NCBI RefSeq assembly: GCF_009914755.1
Contig: NC_060930.1
Origin: the human T2T-CHM13v2.0 reference genome, Homo sapiens
Strand: one strand, 5' to 3'
DNA: 64,000 bases
The position numbers and the translations under genes were made by a program. Below, in pieces: positions 26,926-38,723 of this stretch (positions are counted from its first letter, which is position 1; the number at the start of each line of letters is the position of its first letter). Below the pieces are notes generated by a model. The model was not told the origin of the DNA. It made no database searches and saw only the letters and a list, made by a program, of their open reading frames with translations.

Positions 26926-27259
26926 TCTTTCTGAGGGCAGTGAGAGGCAATCTATTCCATACTTCTCACCCAGCTTCTTGTTGTTTACTGATCATTTTTG
27001 GCGTTCCTTGTAGAAACATCACTCTTATCTCTGCCTTCATCTCATATGATGTTTTCCCTCTGTGGTTGTCTGTGTATAAATTTCCCCATTTTTTTCTATA
27101 GACACCAGTTATATTGGATTAGGGCTCACCCCAGTGACCTCATGTTAACTAATTATAGCTTCCACAGCCTTATTTCCAAATAATGTCACATTATGAAATA
27201 CTGAGGGTAAGGACTTCAACATATGAATATGTCAGAGGCAGACAGTTTCACCTGTAACA
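26926..27259 (-). mobile_element. MLT1C-like MaLR LTR fragment
   Basis: GACACCAGTTATATTGGATTAGGG...TATTTCCAAATAATGTCACATT...GGACTTCAACATATG...TAACA. Confidence 0.8.
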
Positions 27260-27559
27260 GGGGGTTTGCATAGAGCAGTGACATTTTCTGAATTGTTCCA
27301 TGCTGGCAACATTGCCCAGTTTTCTTCTCAGGGACATCAGTTATAGGAAAATGCTATAGTGAAGGCAAATGGGACAGAATCTTAAAATATTTGTGAATCT
27401 TTGTTTTTTCTTGTTCTAATGATAATGTAAATGTAGAAAACACTAACACATTGTAAAACACAGAAAGCAAAATAGGTATTATACTGCTCAGTTATGATAC
27501 TGCTCATAACCCAATTTATCAGTAATAGTATGTCTATATTTAAATATCTAAAAGGACTA

Positions 27560-27735
27560 TTTTTTAAAAAATATGGGTCTTGCTACTTTGCCCAGGCTAG
27601 AGTGCCGTTTGGCTATTCACAGGTGCAATCATAGTTCACTGCAGCCTTGAACTCCTGGCCTCAAACAATCCCCCCACCTCAGCCTCTCAGCCTCACGCGC
27701 AGCTGGGGCTACAGGTACGCTCCACTGAGCCCAGC
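27560..27735 (-). mobile_element. FAM (fossil Alu monomer)
   Basis: Monomer with the 7SL-derived GGCTATTCACAGG segment absent from dimeric Alu. Confidence 0.85.
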
Positions 27736-27739
27736 TATG

Positions 27740-28170
27740 GAATATCTATTTTTAATAAAAATGTGAATCATAGCATACGTACTGTTCTGTTATTATCCCT
27801 TGTTTTCTTTTGGACATTTTGGACACCTTTTCGTGTCAGAACATAAAGACCTACTAATTCTTTTTTATTTACTGCCTAGTATTTCATTGAATGAACGTGC
27901 TATATCTGTTTAACCAATCCCTTATTGAGTGCCATTTGGGTTATTTCTAAATTTTTACTTTTACAAGAAATATTACAGTGAATGTCATTGAACATATATC
28001 TTTGTACAGTAAGTAATTTTTTTTGCTGGGTATTTTTTTTTTTGCTGGGTATATTTTTAGGGATAGAATTGTTGAGCCAAAAGGTGTGATCATTTTAAAT
28101 TATAACAGACATTTCAAATGCAAAAATGCTGCATCAAATTTTTTTCCCTCCCACTAAAAACATATGAATT
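27740..28170 (-). mobile_element. Old L1M 3' remnant
   Basis: TATTTCATTGAATGAACGTGC...TTTAACCAATCCCTTATTG...GAATTGTTGAGCCAAAAGG. Confidence 0.6.
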
Positions 28171-29149
28171 AGATTAGTAATTCCTACATAGAAAGAATTA
28201 AATAGACTACACTGATAGTGTATTTAATGACACTATGCCAGCACAATAATTCCTGTAATAATCAAAGAATAGTTACCATTGTTTTATTAATATACACTTA
28301 TTTGTCCTCCATAGAGCTCTTGTTAATAAATCTTAGCTTATTGCTAAGATTTGGGACTTCTTCCAGATGGAGTTTATGATTAAATGCTAATCACATTGTT
28401 ACCGAAGTGTTCAGCTTTATTCATTATTTGTTTGATGTTTGCCATAAAAATTACAGCCCTTATAACCCATTATTTTGGTTTCAACTTCTCAAAATAAATT
28501 GAAATATATGTTAAAAACTTAATGTTTGATTACTGTTTAAAATGCTAAAAAATATGATCCAAAGTATCAGTGCTTAGAACTAGAAAACCCAAATAGCTTT
28601 AATCCTTTTTGGGGGCTTTCTTTTCACCCCCGTGATGTGTGGGTGTGTCAAACGTGGATTCCTTCCTGTTGTTCTGTTTGCTGGAGCAAAGAATCATGTC
28701 TTGATAAATTCACAAGACTAGTGAATTTCATCTAGTGTAATATTGAGGAGTCCAGATCATGGAGAAGGTGTGGCTAGGACTGGTACCCCCCAAATACTGT
28801 CATCTCCAATCACAATTCTGGAAAACAGTTTGATATAAGAACATCAATGAAATGGTAATTTATTACACCAGTAGAGTGGAGCTCAGCTATGGAGACACAA
28901 AGCCTGGTGAGACTTGGAAATCCTGGGCTTAGGCCGTCAGTTTCTGGGGTCTGTTAAGAGGATGCAGAGTGCCAGCCACAGAGCTGAGTGTCAGAGAAGG
29001 GCTATAGAATAGGGGAGGAGGAATAGAAGAGCCACTTGGTGTTCTTGTTGTAGGAGGCACATTAACACATCAGAAATGTTCCAACAGAGACCAAGCTAAC
29101 AAACTGGAGACCATGAAATGCAGATAGTCTCTGGAGACTACACATCCAA

Positions 29150-29602
29150 TGTCTGAATTTTCTAATTTACTTTTCAAGGCAAAGTCATTGATACCATGTT
29201 TTTCTCCACAATATTTTTGCCTGTACCAACCAAGAGATAACATACGGCACTTCCTAAAACAATACGATTGCCTTCTGGATTTTCTTCCAAATCAGTGATA
29301 CCTGTTCTCCAAGTTTTGATGATGACACTGTCTTTAGCTTATCAGAAGGTGGCCATGGAAGATGCTCAGTCAACGAGCAAGATTCATATTTCTTCCTGAA
29401 ATGGTTTTGAAATAGTTGTTGCGGGAAATGTGAAGGGATTGTGGTCATGCAGTCATGTCACCAGAAATAACCAAATTTATCCGCAGCTGTTGTCAGATAC
29501 AATCAATAGCAAGATAAGCCTCAATTTCAAAGATATTAAAATGTGAAACTTAGAATTGAATGAATTATTAAAATGTGAATCTTAGAACTGAATGAAATAT
29601 AG
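29150..29602 (-). mobile_element. Second Kanga/Tc2 fragment with DDE-domain relic
   Basis: Minus ORF 29254-29448 NHFRKKYESCSLTEHLPWPPSDKLK...WKKI resembles pogo/POGK-type transposase; TIR CTTAGAACTGAATGAAATATAG followed by TA. Confidence 0.7.
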
Positions 29603-29633
29603 TAATGTGAAAAAATTTAAAATCGAATAGAGC

Positions 29634-29723
29634 TTTTTTTTAAAAACATGGATCTTGCTGTGTTGCTCAGGCTAGAGTGCAGTGGCTATTCACAGGTGCA
29701 ATTATAGTTCACTGCAGCCTTGA
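29634..29723 (-). mobile_element. Truncated FAM monomer
   Basis: GGCTATTCACAGGTGCAATTATAGTTCACTGCAGCCTTGA. Confidence 0.8.
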
Positions 29724-29819
29724 GATGGCTTCATTAATTATTTCCTTTAATCATTCAGCAAATATTCACTGAACATCTTTATGTACAAGACCTTGTGGTA
29801 AAACTTGCCACCCATTTTT

Positions 29820-31900
29820 ATTTGTTGCTTATGCCTCCTTCTAGGTTTCTTAATTAGCTTAGCTAATAGTTTATGAAATGTATTTTTTATTCCAAAGACT
29901 GAACTCTTCTATTTCTCTATTAGTTCTGCTATTTTCTATTTCATTATTTTTGTTTTAATTCTTGTTTCCTTTCTTTTATGTTTTTTTACAACTGTTTAAT
30001 TTAAATGTCTTATAAACTTAGTTGTAATCTTAATTATTTAGATATATAAGTATTTAAATACATACATTTCTCTCTGCTCTAGCCATATCCTATTATTTCT
30101 ATTATGTGGTATTTGAACTACTGGTATTTCCTAGATGCCTTACTATTTTGATTTAGAGTTTTTCCTTTGATGCAAAAGTTGTGTTAGAGAGAAATTAAAC
30201 TTACATGTAGCAGTATATTTTGTTTTTCTAATTTTGTGATTAATTTCTATATTTGTTGTAGTAGAGGATGTTATCTACATGATTTTTACTTTCAGGAATT
30301 TATTCTTTTTTTTGTGGTTTGACATATGGTCAATTTTGAATATGTTTAATGTGTAATTGAAAAGTGCGTTGAGTTTGATTTAAATTAATGTATCTATCTT
30401 ATTGATTAGGTCATTTGGCTCATTATTTTTTCTTCTACTTAATCTGTATCATGAAGAGATGACTTCGTCTCCCATATTTACTTGTGTTTCTGTGTTTCTT
30501 TTTGTATTTCTTGTTTCTATGAATTTTTTTATTATTTGTGCACAAATACTCATAACTGTTAGATTTTTATTGTGGGTTGTAGGAATTGTTCCAAAGTACC
30601 TCTCTTTGTCATATTTTGCACTTTGTGAGTTGAATTCCACATTGTCTGATATCACTATCTTGACCCTGCTTCATTTTGTATTTGCCAGGTAGGTCTTTAT
30701 TGATTCTTTCAACTTTCCCATGCCGCTTTGTTTCAAACTTAGCTTTTCAGTACACCATGTTTTACTCTGTGATCTCTTTTTCTTTTATTACCTTTCTATT
30801 TATTTTCTCTAAAAGATATAGTCTTTGGTTTCTAATAGTTATTTTTAATAGCATAACATAGCTACACAGAGCATTATTTAGACTGTACATGAGTTACTTG
30901 TTTTAAACAACAATTATCCCTTCTTCCCCTGACCCCTCACCCTCCCTCACAACCACCTTCCTATTTGGATGAGTCCTCTGTACATGGCATGGCCAATGGA
31001 GTCCACAGACTGACCTGTCACTGCCATGGCCACAGCAGTTCTACATTCAAATGGATTCATGTTCACTGCCTCCACTTTTGCCATAGCTTCTTCTTCCTTT
31101 TATTGAATGGTTGAAGTTTGTTTCTTTAAGAAGTCTTCACGGGACCATAGTTCTTAAATTCATCCATGTTTGAAAATGTCTACTGTTTGTCTCTTTATGC
31201 CTGGAGAACACTTTATGCCTGGGGAAAACTTTATGCCTGGAGAACTATAAAAATCTCTGAAGTGCATAATCATTTCCCTGAAGACTTGACAGAAAGTTGA
31301 AATTTATCTGATTTTTTTCCCTTATAGATGACCAGATTCTTCCTTTATCTTTGAAATTTTATATATTCACCAGAAAAGATACATTACCAGTTTGATCGCT
31401 TTCATGCATTTTTGCTGAAACATCATGTGACATTTGAATTTGTAGATTCAAATATTTATTTAAAAATGATTTTTAAGTTATATTTTTGAGTACCTTTCTG
31501 GGTCTTATTGTTTTCTGTTTCATGGACCCTAAATAAATGTATACTTCATTTCTTTTGTCTGTCTTCCTTCCATAGCTTTACTTTCCTCTCTAGTCCTTTT
31601 AAACTCTTTTGGTTTGGCACAGTATTCTCAAGCTTGTTCTTCAGGTCCTTGAATTTGTTCTATCTGTCCTCCTTTCCGTGATATCTAAATGTGACATTCA
31701 TTTTTGTGATGGTCTTATTTTCGCCTTCCATTTCCACCTAAGTTCTAGCATTTACAGAGGTGGTTCTTTCATTAAGTTCTCCTATCCAGGAGGACAGTTT
31801 AAAGTTTTCATCAGCTTCATGACAATACATTTGAGGTATGTGTTGTGGGCTTGTATCTATTTTTGGAAGAGGTTGTATTTCTTTTCTTTTTTAAGAGTGT
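29820..31900 (-). mobile_element. Highly degraded L1M sequence
   Basis: T-rich antisense L1-like motifs (GCTCTAGCCATATCCTA, ATATGGTCAATTTTG, GTAGATTCAAAT); boundaries approximate. Confidence 0.55.
31193..31246. repeat. 18-bp tandem repeat x3 (CTTTATGCCTGGAGAACA)
   Basis: Units at 31193, 31211, 31229. Confidence 0.9.
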
Positions 31901-32620
31901 TTTTACTTTGATCTCATGCTTTAAAAAATATCTGATCTTTGAATGAGAGAAAGTCTTTTTCTCAGCTCTTAGTTGAACTATAGAATAGTGCTATTTTACC
32001 CTAATCTGTCTCTAATATGATTATTTACAATGGTTCAAATGCATTTTCAGCAGAAAAATTGTTTTTTTGAATAAGTTCCAAACTTGCTTTCCTTATTAAA
32101 AGAAGCTAGTTGGAACTTGGGTCTGTGTGCTTAATTTTTAAGCAAAATGGAGCTTTTGCTCAAAATGGAGCTTCACTGCTTTCATTGGTTATAAAATTGA
32201 ACCTCATGGGAAGTGTAAACATAAAAAGCATAAAGAAGAAAGCAAGAATCACCCATAATTTTTACCACTTAGAGATAATCACCATCATTTTGATGTATAT
32301 AAGACTGTAATTTTTAAAGTATGTAAATTTATGTGACACATGTTTGTATATATAGTGTGTATACACACATACACAGATAAATGGCAGATATTTGCATGTG
32401 TGTGTATACACACACATTCATACATATATGTGTACTTAGTATATATATACACATACATGTGCTCATACTATACATACGTAATAAAGTGATCTAACTTTGC
32501 TTTTTCCCTAAAGGTCAGAGCTGATGTTCTCAAACCTTGCACAGAGGTCAGCCCTAGGGCACAAGAGCAAATTCATAGGGTGGGTGCCATGGGAATTGAA
32601 AAAAGTTTTTTCTTTATTTT

Positions 32621-32678
32621 CTCTAATTCTGATCCTGACCCTGACCCCAAACCCTAACCTTAACCCTAACCCTAACCC
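32621..32678 (-). repeat. Short interstitial telomere-like hexamer run (TTAGGG plus variants on minus strand)
   Basis: CTCTAA TTCTGA TCCTGA CCCTGA CCCCAA A CCCTAA CCTTAA CCCTAA CCCTAA CCC. Confidence 0.75.
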
Positions 32679-32713
32679 CTGGAATTTTAAAATTATTGAG
32701 AAAAATATAGTGA

Positions 32714-32840
32714 ATGCTAGATGACCAGTTAGTGGGTGCAGCGCACCAGCATGGCACATGTATACATATGTAACTAACCTGTGCAATGTGCACATGTACC
32801 CTAAAACTTAAAGTATAATAAAACAAACAAACAAACAAAC
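32714..32840 (+). mobile_element. Very short young L1 3' end (L1PA2-like) with (AAAC)n tail
   Basis: ATGCTAGATGACCAGTTAGTGGGTGCAGCGCACCAGC...AACTTAAAGTATAAT; perfect 13-bp TSD AAAAATATAGTGA (32701-32713, 32841-32853). Confidence 0.93.
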
Positions 32841-35800
32841 AAAAATATAGTGACATTGATATCTTTTAGATACTTTTTGAGATACTAAATGGAAGTAGTT
32901 CATTTTATAGTTCTGTCTTTAGATTGAGCTATGTTCCTTTCAATGATGTTATCTTTGCAAATCTGAGTTGATGAAATTAAAAGCAAGTAAATACCCTGTG
33001 AAAATTATCTGGGAACAGGAAACGAGGGTGGCAGTATTCATTCTAAGTCCAAGGCTTGAGAAATTGTGCAGTGCCCAACATTAAACAGATCCCATTAATA
33101 AGTAATTTGGTTAAGAATGACATAAAAATAATATTTCAATTTATGTGTATTATTTCTTTCAAGCATGGAAATCTGTGCCCGGCAAAACCCTCAATCAAAT
33201 ATATGGCATAAAAAAGATATTTTTAGACCCCTAAGATCTTAAAACAGTTACCTCTCTTCTAATTGGTCTAAAAACTTTCTCAGGAACCTGTTGGAGAATG
33301 TACTCCTTGGAAATAAGGAAGAAAGAGGATCCAGGGAACAGGAGTTTCACCACAGAGGAGCAGGAAAGGGAATTCCCAGTATGATGGCAAGTTGCTAAAT
33401 TAAATGTTTTGCCCATTATTTTTTACTGGGCTGTTGGTCTTTTTCTTATTGACTTAAAGAACTCTTTATTATAGGAGATAAACCTTTGTTGTGTTGCAAA
33501 TTATTTCTTGAAATGTTTTTACCTCTTGAATTTGTCTTTGAGTTTCTTTTTTCTTTGCTCTACAGAAACTTAAAATATTTATTTGATCAAATTGATTAAC
33601 GTAAGGATAATTTTAACTCTCAGATCCTGTGACCCTATTAAGTTAGATACTATAACTTACAGAAACTAAGCCAGCTGTCTGACTTCTTCGGACTTTAGAT
33701 TTGTTATCTGTAACATGACGAGTCTTCTGCTAGCTATTTGTGAAGTCCCTTCCAACTGTGATTATTGATCAGTATTGACTTCATGTGATGGGAAGCTTTT
33801 GACAACAAATTTAAATTAGCTCCTGGAAAAATTCTAGAAACAATCAACAACAGGATTTTAGATAAAACCATGATATTAAACATCATAAAACCACAAAATA
33901 TACAGATTGAAGTGGCAGAAAAATTCAGTGACTACTGCTGAGACGACATGGAGAAAGAACACTTCCTCATTTTGTCTGAGGCCTGGTGATTCAACGGCTG
34001 TGTGAACGGAAGGTAGGGCATCAGCAGGCCTGGAAATATCAAACTGGTCTCTACCAAGCTTCTCACTAGCAAAAAGGAAAGAGACGGGAACTTGTTGAAA
34101 CTCCCCCTGCAGCATGTTTTGGACACAAACATTTCTTATTGTTTTTTTTTCTTTTTTTTTTCTGTGAGTGACAACTCATTCACAAAAGAGAAAGGTGACC
34201 AGAGAGCTTTGAAACTCATTCACAGGCTATAGGGAACTTTCCTCACTCTCTGAGCTCCTCCTTAGCTCAGGTAGGAGATGGGGAAGGAGTAGGTGATAAA
34301 AGGGAGTTCATATTGCCATGCTTTTGCAACTCTTTCCCCTTCTCCCTAAATTGCTACCCCATGGAACTTTGGTTCATCTGCTGTCCTTATGTAATGCTCT
34401 GATCTGGATGCAGCTTTCATTAGCAATATCTGCAAACAGGAATGAGACATTGCATGCATTTGTTCTGAAATGATACTAATTTTAAAAACTATCTGCAAAT
34501 AAATACAAGTGCTTCTCAACCAGTGTACATCTTTCACATTGCTTTGTCCAGAACATGATCAGTGAAACTAAATCTCTAGCCTCTGCACTAGACTCTTTTT
34601 AAATTTTTCATATTTTCCATTGCTGGTTAGTATTTGTTCTCACATGTATATAGAGATAAAAGCATCACAGCTATATAGCTTGTGAAGATTTCGTTTGGCC
34701 CTGTTGAAAATTACACAGTCAGAACCATTTCATTAGTATCAAGCCTCTGTCAAGATGTATGGTTAGAAATTGAGTAAGCTTGGAAATCCGTTGTATTTGC
34801 ACACATTTGAGACATCCAGTGGGGCACCAGACTATAAAATAGCTGGCTTAGCAGACTAAATGGAGTAAATGCATTAGGTTTTTGCATTTAGAATCTAAGA
34901 GCATTTAGAATCATCATAGATGAGTTCCAAATGAGAAAAATAATATATATGCATTTAAAGCAAACTAAAACGTATTAGAGAAACTCTATGTGTTAGAGTA
35001 AATATTTTGATAGTCATTGTAAAGCTGTTTTAATAATGATTTTATATGGCCACATGATGCCAATTACTTAAACATGCTAGATATCTTTCATTGTCAAAAT
35101 AATGCAAAAATGTTACAAACTATTCAAATATAAGGAAGAACACAGTGTGACTACCTTAACACACCGTTGTGTACATTTTTCTGTCCATCCTTACAGGTAT
35201 TTGCCTTGTGCAGATTTTTTACATAGTTGTAGTTGTATAATTCAAGCACCTTTTTGCATTGGCTGCATTTTTACAACTTTATTTATAAAGGTAGAAATAG
35301 CAACAATCTTTACATATTTGTAGTGTAACTTGCTTAAACATTACTCTTATGTTGGATATTCTTTTATTTTCTATTAAAATATCACTACTATAAATATATA
35401 TTCATATATATACACATAGAAAATAATTTTTTACTCAATTTAGATTATATTAATAGGAAGCATGATTTCAAAGTTAAAGTGTAACATATTTTTTATGGTT
35501 CTTGATACATATAGCTAAATTGCTTTTGGAAATGATTGTACATATTTAGAATGCAATTAGCAATGTATAAAACTGCCAGTTTCACTGCACCACCATCAAA
35601 ACATGATTTCTTCAATAAACTATTTAATAGATTTAATACTTAATAATACCTTCCTGGGTTTTTTTGGTTTTCTTTTGTTTTAAATTAATGCCTTGGCAGA
35701 ATAGGGTCAATGCTGCTGTGGAAATATAGTCATGGAGCAAGAAATTCAAGACTTTTTTTTTTTTTTTTTTGGTGTAGTTTAGCAGGAAAGGTGCAGAGAG

Positions 35801-37189
35801 TGTGAGAAAGAAGCCATTTCATCTGGGTGCGTGGTGAAGTATAGAAGGGTTCCTATTTAAAAATCTAGGGTTTTTCTCCTACTTTTTAAAAATTTGGCCT
35901 ATTCTCCTATTTCCTTATGACTGTGTAAAGAAAAAATCCCCACCACCTGCCACTTTAATAAGAAATGTACTATTTTGTTCCAAAGGGCACTTGTTTTGCA
36001 TGTGTCAGCTGAAGACAGAGGCTCATGTGAAGCTTAATCTGGACGGAACTGTGCAGTCCCTACCACCATCACAGCTCTAGAGCCATGGAAAGTCCAACAA
36101 CTAATTTCTGGGCACAGTTTACTGAGGAGGAAACTTTTGATTCTATAGTCTGTCTTTGGGGACTCCAGTAGATTTTTTTGAAGTATGTTTAATAATGTCT
36201 GGTACGTGGAAGTCCTGAGACTTCAAACAGCCTCAGACCATTTGGCTCTTGGTCAGTTAGAGCAGGTGATTCAACTGCTTCTGCAATAGGTAGCAGGCAG
36301 GACACAAAAGGAGCTAGCCAAGGACTTATTGCAGTTGAGACAGGAAGGAGAGACTGCAACAGCCTGCTACCATGAAAGGTGTATGTGTGTGTGTGTGTCT
36401 GCATGTGAGTTCATTGGCCGGGGTAGTAATGGTGTTTAGGACTACATTTGTTATCTAGGTAATGTAGGGGCAAGGGAAATGAGATAGCCCTGTTTTTGTT
36501 TTCAGTGTTTTCCTTCAAGGCCTGTTTTTCTCTCTGGGTTGAGAACTAGGACCATTTTCCTGGTTACTGTTTCTACTACTTAGGGAAGTGTAGGGAGAAC
36601 ATACCTTCCTGTGTGTGAATTAGAGCAAAGGCCAAGTCTCTATGTGTGCATGTGCCTGCACATGCCAGTGTTCTGCATTTGAAATAGGTCTGGTGGGCCA
36701 TTAAAAGGGACACGGGCTTGAGCGTTTTTGGTCTTAAAGGTAGGGGTGACTTAAGCAGTTATAGCCTTTGTAGAAAGAGTCTATAGAACCAGACACATCG
36801 AAGGTCTAGGAGAAGAAAAAATGGTTCTCCTGGGAGAACAACATTCCTGGGAGATAGTTTACCTACTAATGAAGATATGGCTGATCAGGCAATAAGAATT
36901 GAAGGAAACAACCCTTGATGGTGAAATTGGAAACCACAAGGAAGAGAAAATGATTGAAGTCATGGGGATGGTGTACTTGTCACGGAAAAGCATGTTGAAG
37001 ATGGGAAGAAATAGAAACAAACTTAGATGTGGAGACCTGAGTGGAAGGAGCAAGTAGAGCAGAAACTCACAAATGTAAGGTCAGTTTTACATTTGTCACT
37101 TTAGAAAATCAGAATTAAATTTATGTTTTAGGAATTTTAGGATAAAATAAATAGGCATTCTTCTATCTTCTTAAGAGTATTGTGAGCAT

Positions 37190-37775
37190 TATAGTAATTC
37201 AGTTTCCAGGTATATGCACCAAAGAATTGAAAGCAGGGATTTGAACAGATATTTGCACACCCATGTTCATAGCAGCATTATTCACAATAGCCAAAAGGTG
37301 GAAGCAACCCAAGTGTCCACTGATAGATGAATGGATAAACAAAGTGTGGTACATGGCATATAACCCAGTCTTAAAAGAGAGGAAATTCTGATACATGCTA
37401 AAACGTGGATGAACCCTGAGGACATTATACTGAGTGAAATAAGCAAGTCACAGAATGATAAATACTGTATGATTCCATGTAATCATAATTATATTCCATG
37501 TAATAAATACTGTATAATTCCATGCACTCTAAGTAATCAAAATTCATAGAGATAGAAAATACAATGGTGGTTGCCAAGGTCCAGGGGAAGGGGGAATAGG
37601 AAGGTAGTAGTGTTTAATAGATACAGAGTCTCAGGAAGATTAAAAAGTTCTAGAGATGGAAGATGGTGATGGCTGCACAGTAATATGAATGTACTTAATG
37701 CCACTAAACTGTATACTTAAAAATCGTTAAGATGGCAAATTTTTTGTTATGTGTATTTTACCACAATGAAAACAA
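37190..37775 (+). mobile_element. L1MB 3' end
   Basis: AAGAATTGAAAGCAGGG...CCCATGTTCATAGCAGC...GTGTATTTTACCACAAT. Confidence 0.9.
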
Positions 37776-37934
37776 GTGGAGGGCTCAAAAATATATACAT
37801 TTCATAAAATTACAGTAATCTGACAACCACAGTTTTCGGACCACTAGAGTTCATTAATAGTGATTTAAATTTTTATAGCAATTGAAAAAATCTGAGATCT
37901 TTCACAAACACAAGATTTAGTTTAGTCCTTTATA

Positions 37935-38095
37935 GTTGTTCCTAAAGTTGTCTATTAAAATTACTTATTAAACTCCATAAACACACAAAATACAAATGTC
38001 TGGGCCCTGCCCCAGACCTATTGAATCATACTCTCCAGGGATAGATGCCAAACATTCACATCTTAACAGGTGCTTCAGAGGACCCTTATGCAGCA
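37935..38095 (+). mobile_element. MER5-like MITE
   Basis: CAAATGTCTGGGCCCTGCCCCAGACCTATTGAATCA. Confidence 0.55.
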
Positions 38096-38723
38096 AAAAA
38101 ATACAAGTGCCCCCCCACACCCAAATTACTCTTCCCTCTTTAGACCTGGGGGTAGGCCTCTTGGGGATCATGCAGAGAAAAGATCTTTTAAATTTTATCC
38201 TTTCAACAAATGTATGAGAGGCTAGTCTGGGGAAATAATACTTCTTAATCACCTTGATAATTTATAAAAATGCATAAGCATTTTATAAAAGGGAATAAGG
38301 GAGGACCAGTAATAAAAGATGTAATTATTGCCATCTTTGGTGAGTGGAAGTTTAGTGTCAGGTATTTGATTTAGAAAAATAAAGAAATGTGACAGTCCTA
38401 CCACTTCAAGCATTGTAGAAGTATATATATGTCTGCGTGTGTGTGTGTGAAATATATATTATATATATTACTATTTTTTCCATTGCCTTTCATTAAAAAA
38501 ATTTTTATTTTACTTTAAGTTCTGGGATACATGTGCAGAATGTGCAGGTTTATTGCATAGGTATATGTGTGCCATGGTGGTTTGCTGCACCTGTCAACCC
38601 GTCATCTAGGTTTTAAGCCTCACATGCATCAGGTATTTGTCCTGATGCTCTTCCTCTCCACCTCTCCCATGACAGGCCCCAGTGTTTGTTGCTCCCCTCC
38701 CTGTGTCCATGTGTTCTCACTGT

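Larger units (their letters stand above)
32522..33160 (+). mobile_element. Charlie1-type hAT transposon remnant
   Basis: GTTCTCAAACCTTG 5' end; GGAACAGGAAACGAGGGTGGCAGT...TGTGCAGTGCCCAACA...CCCATTA 3' region. Confidence 0.7.

Noticed and set aside
31193-31246. Direct repeats as a CRISPR-like array
   Set aside because: Adjacent 18-bp tandem units with no spacers, in eukaryotic L1-derived DNA.
38261-38289. Short AT-rich hairpins (also ~28329-28351 and ~37069-37096)
   Set aside because: 9-12 bp stems in AT-rich DNA are expected by chance and have no supporting context.
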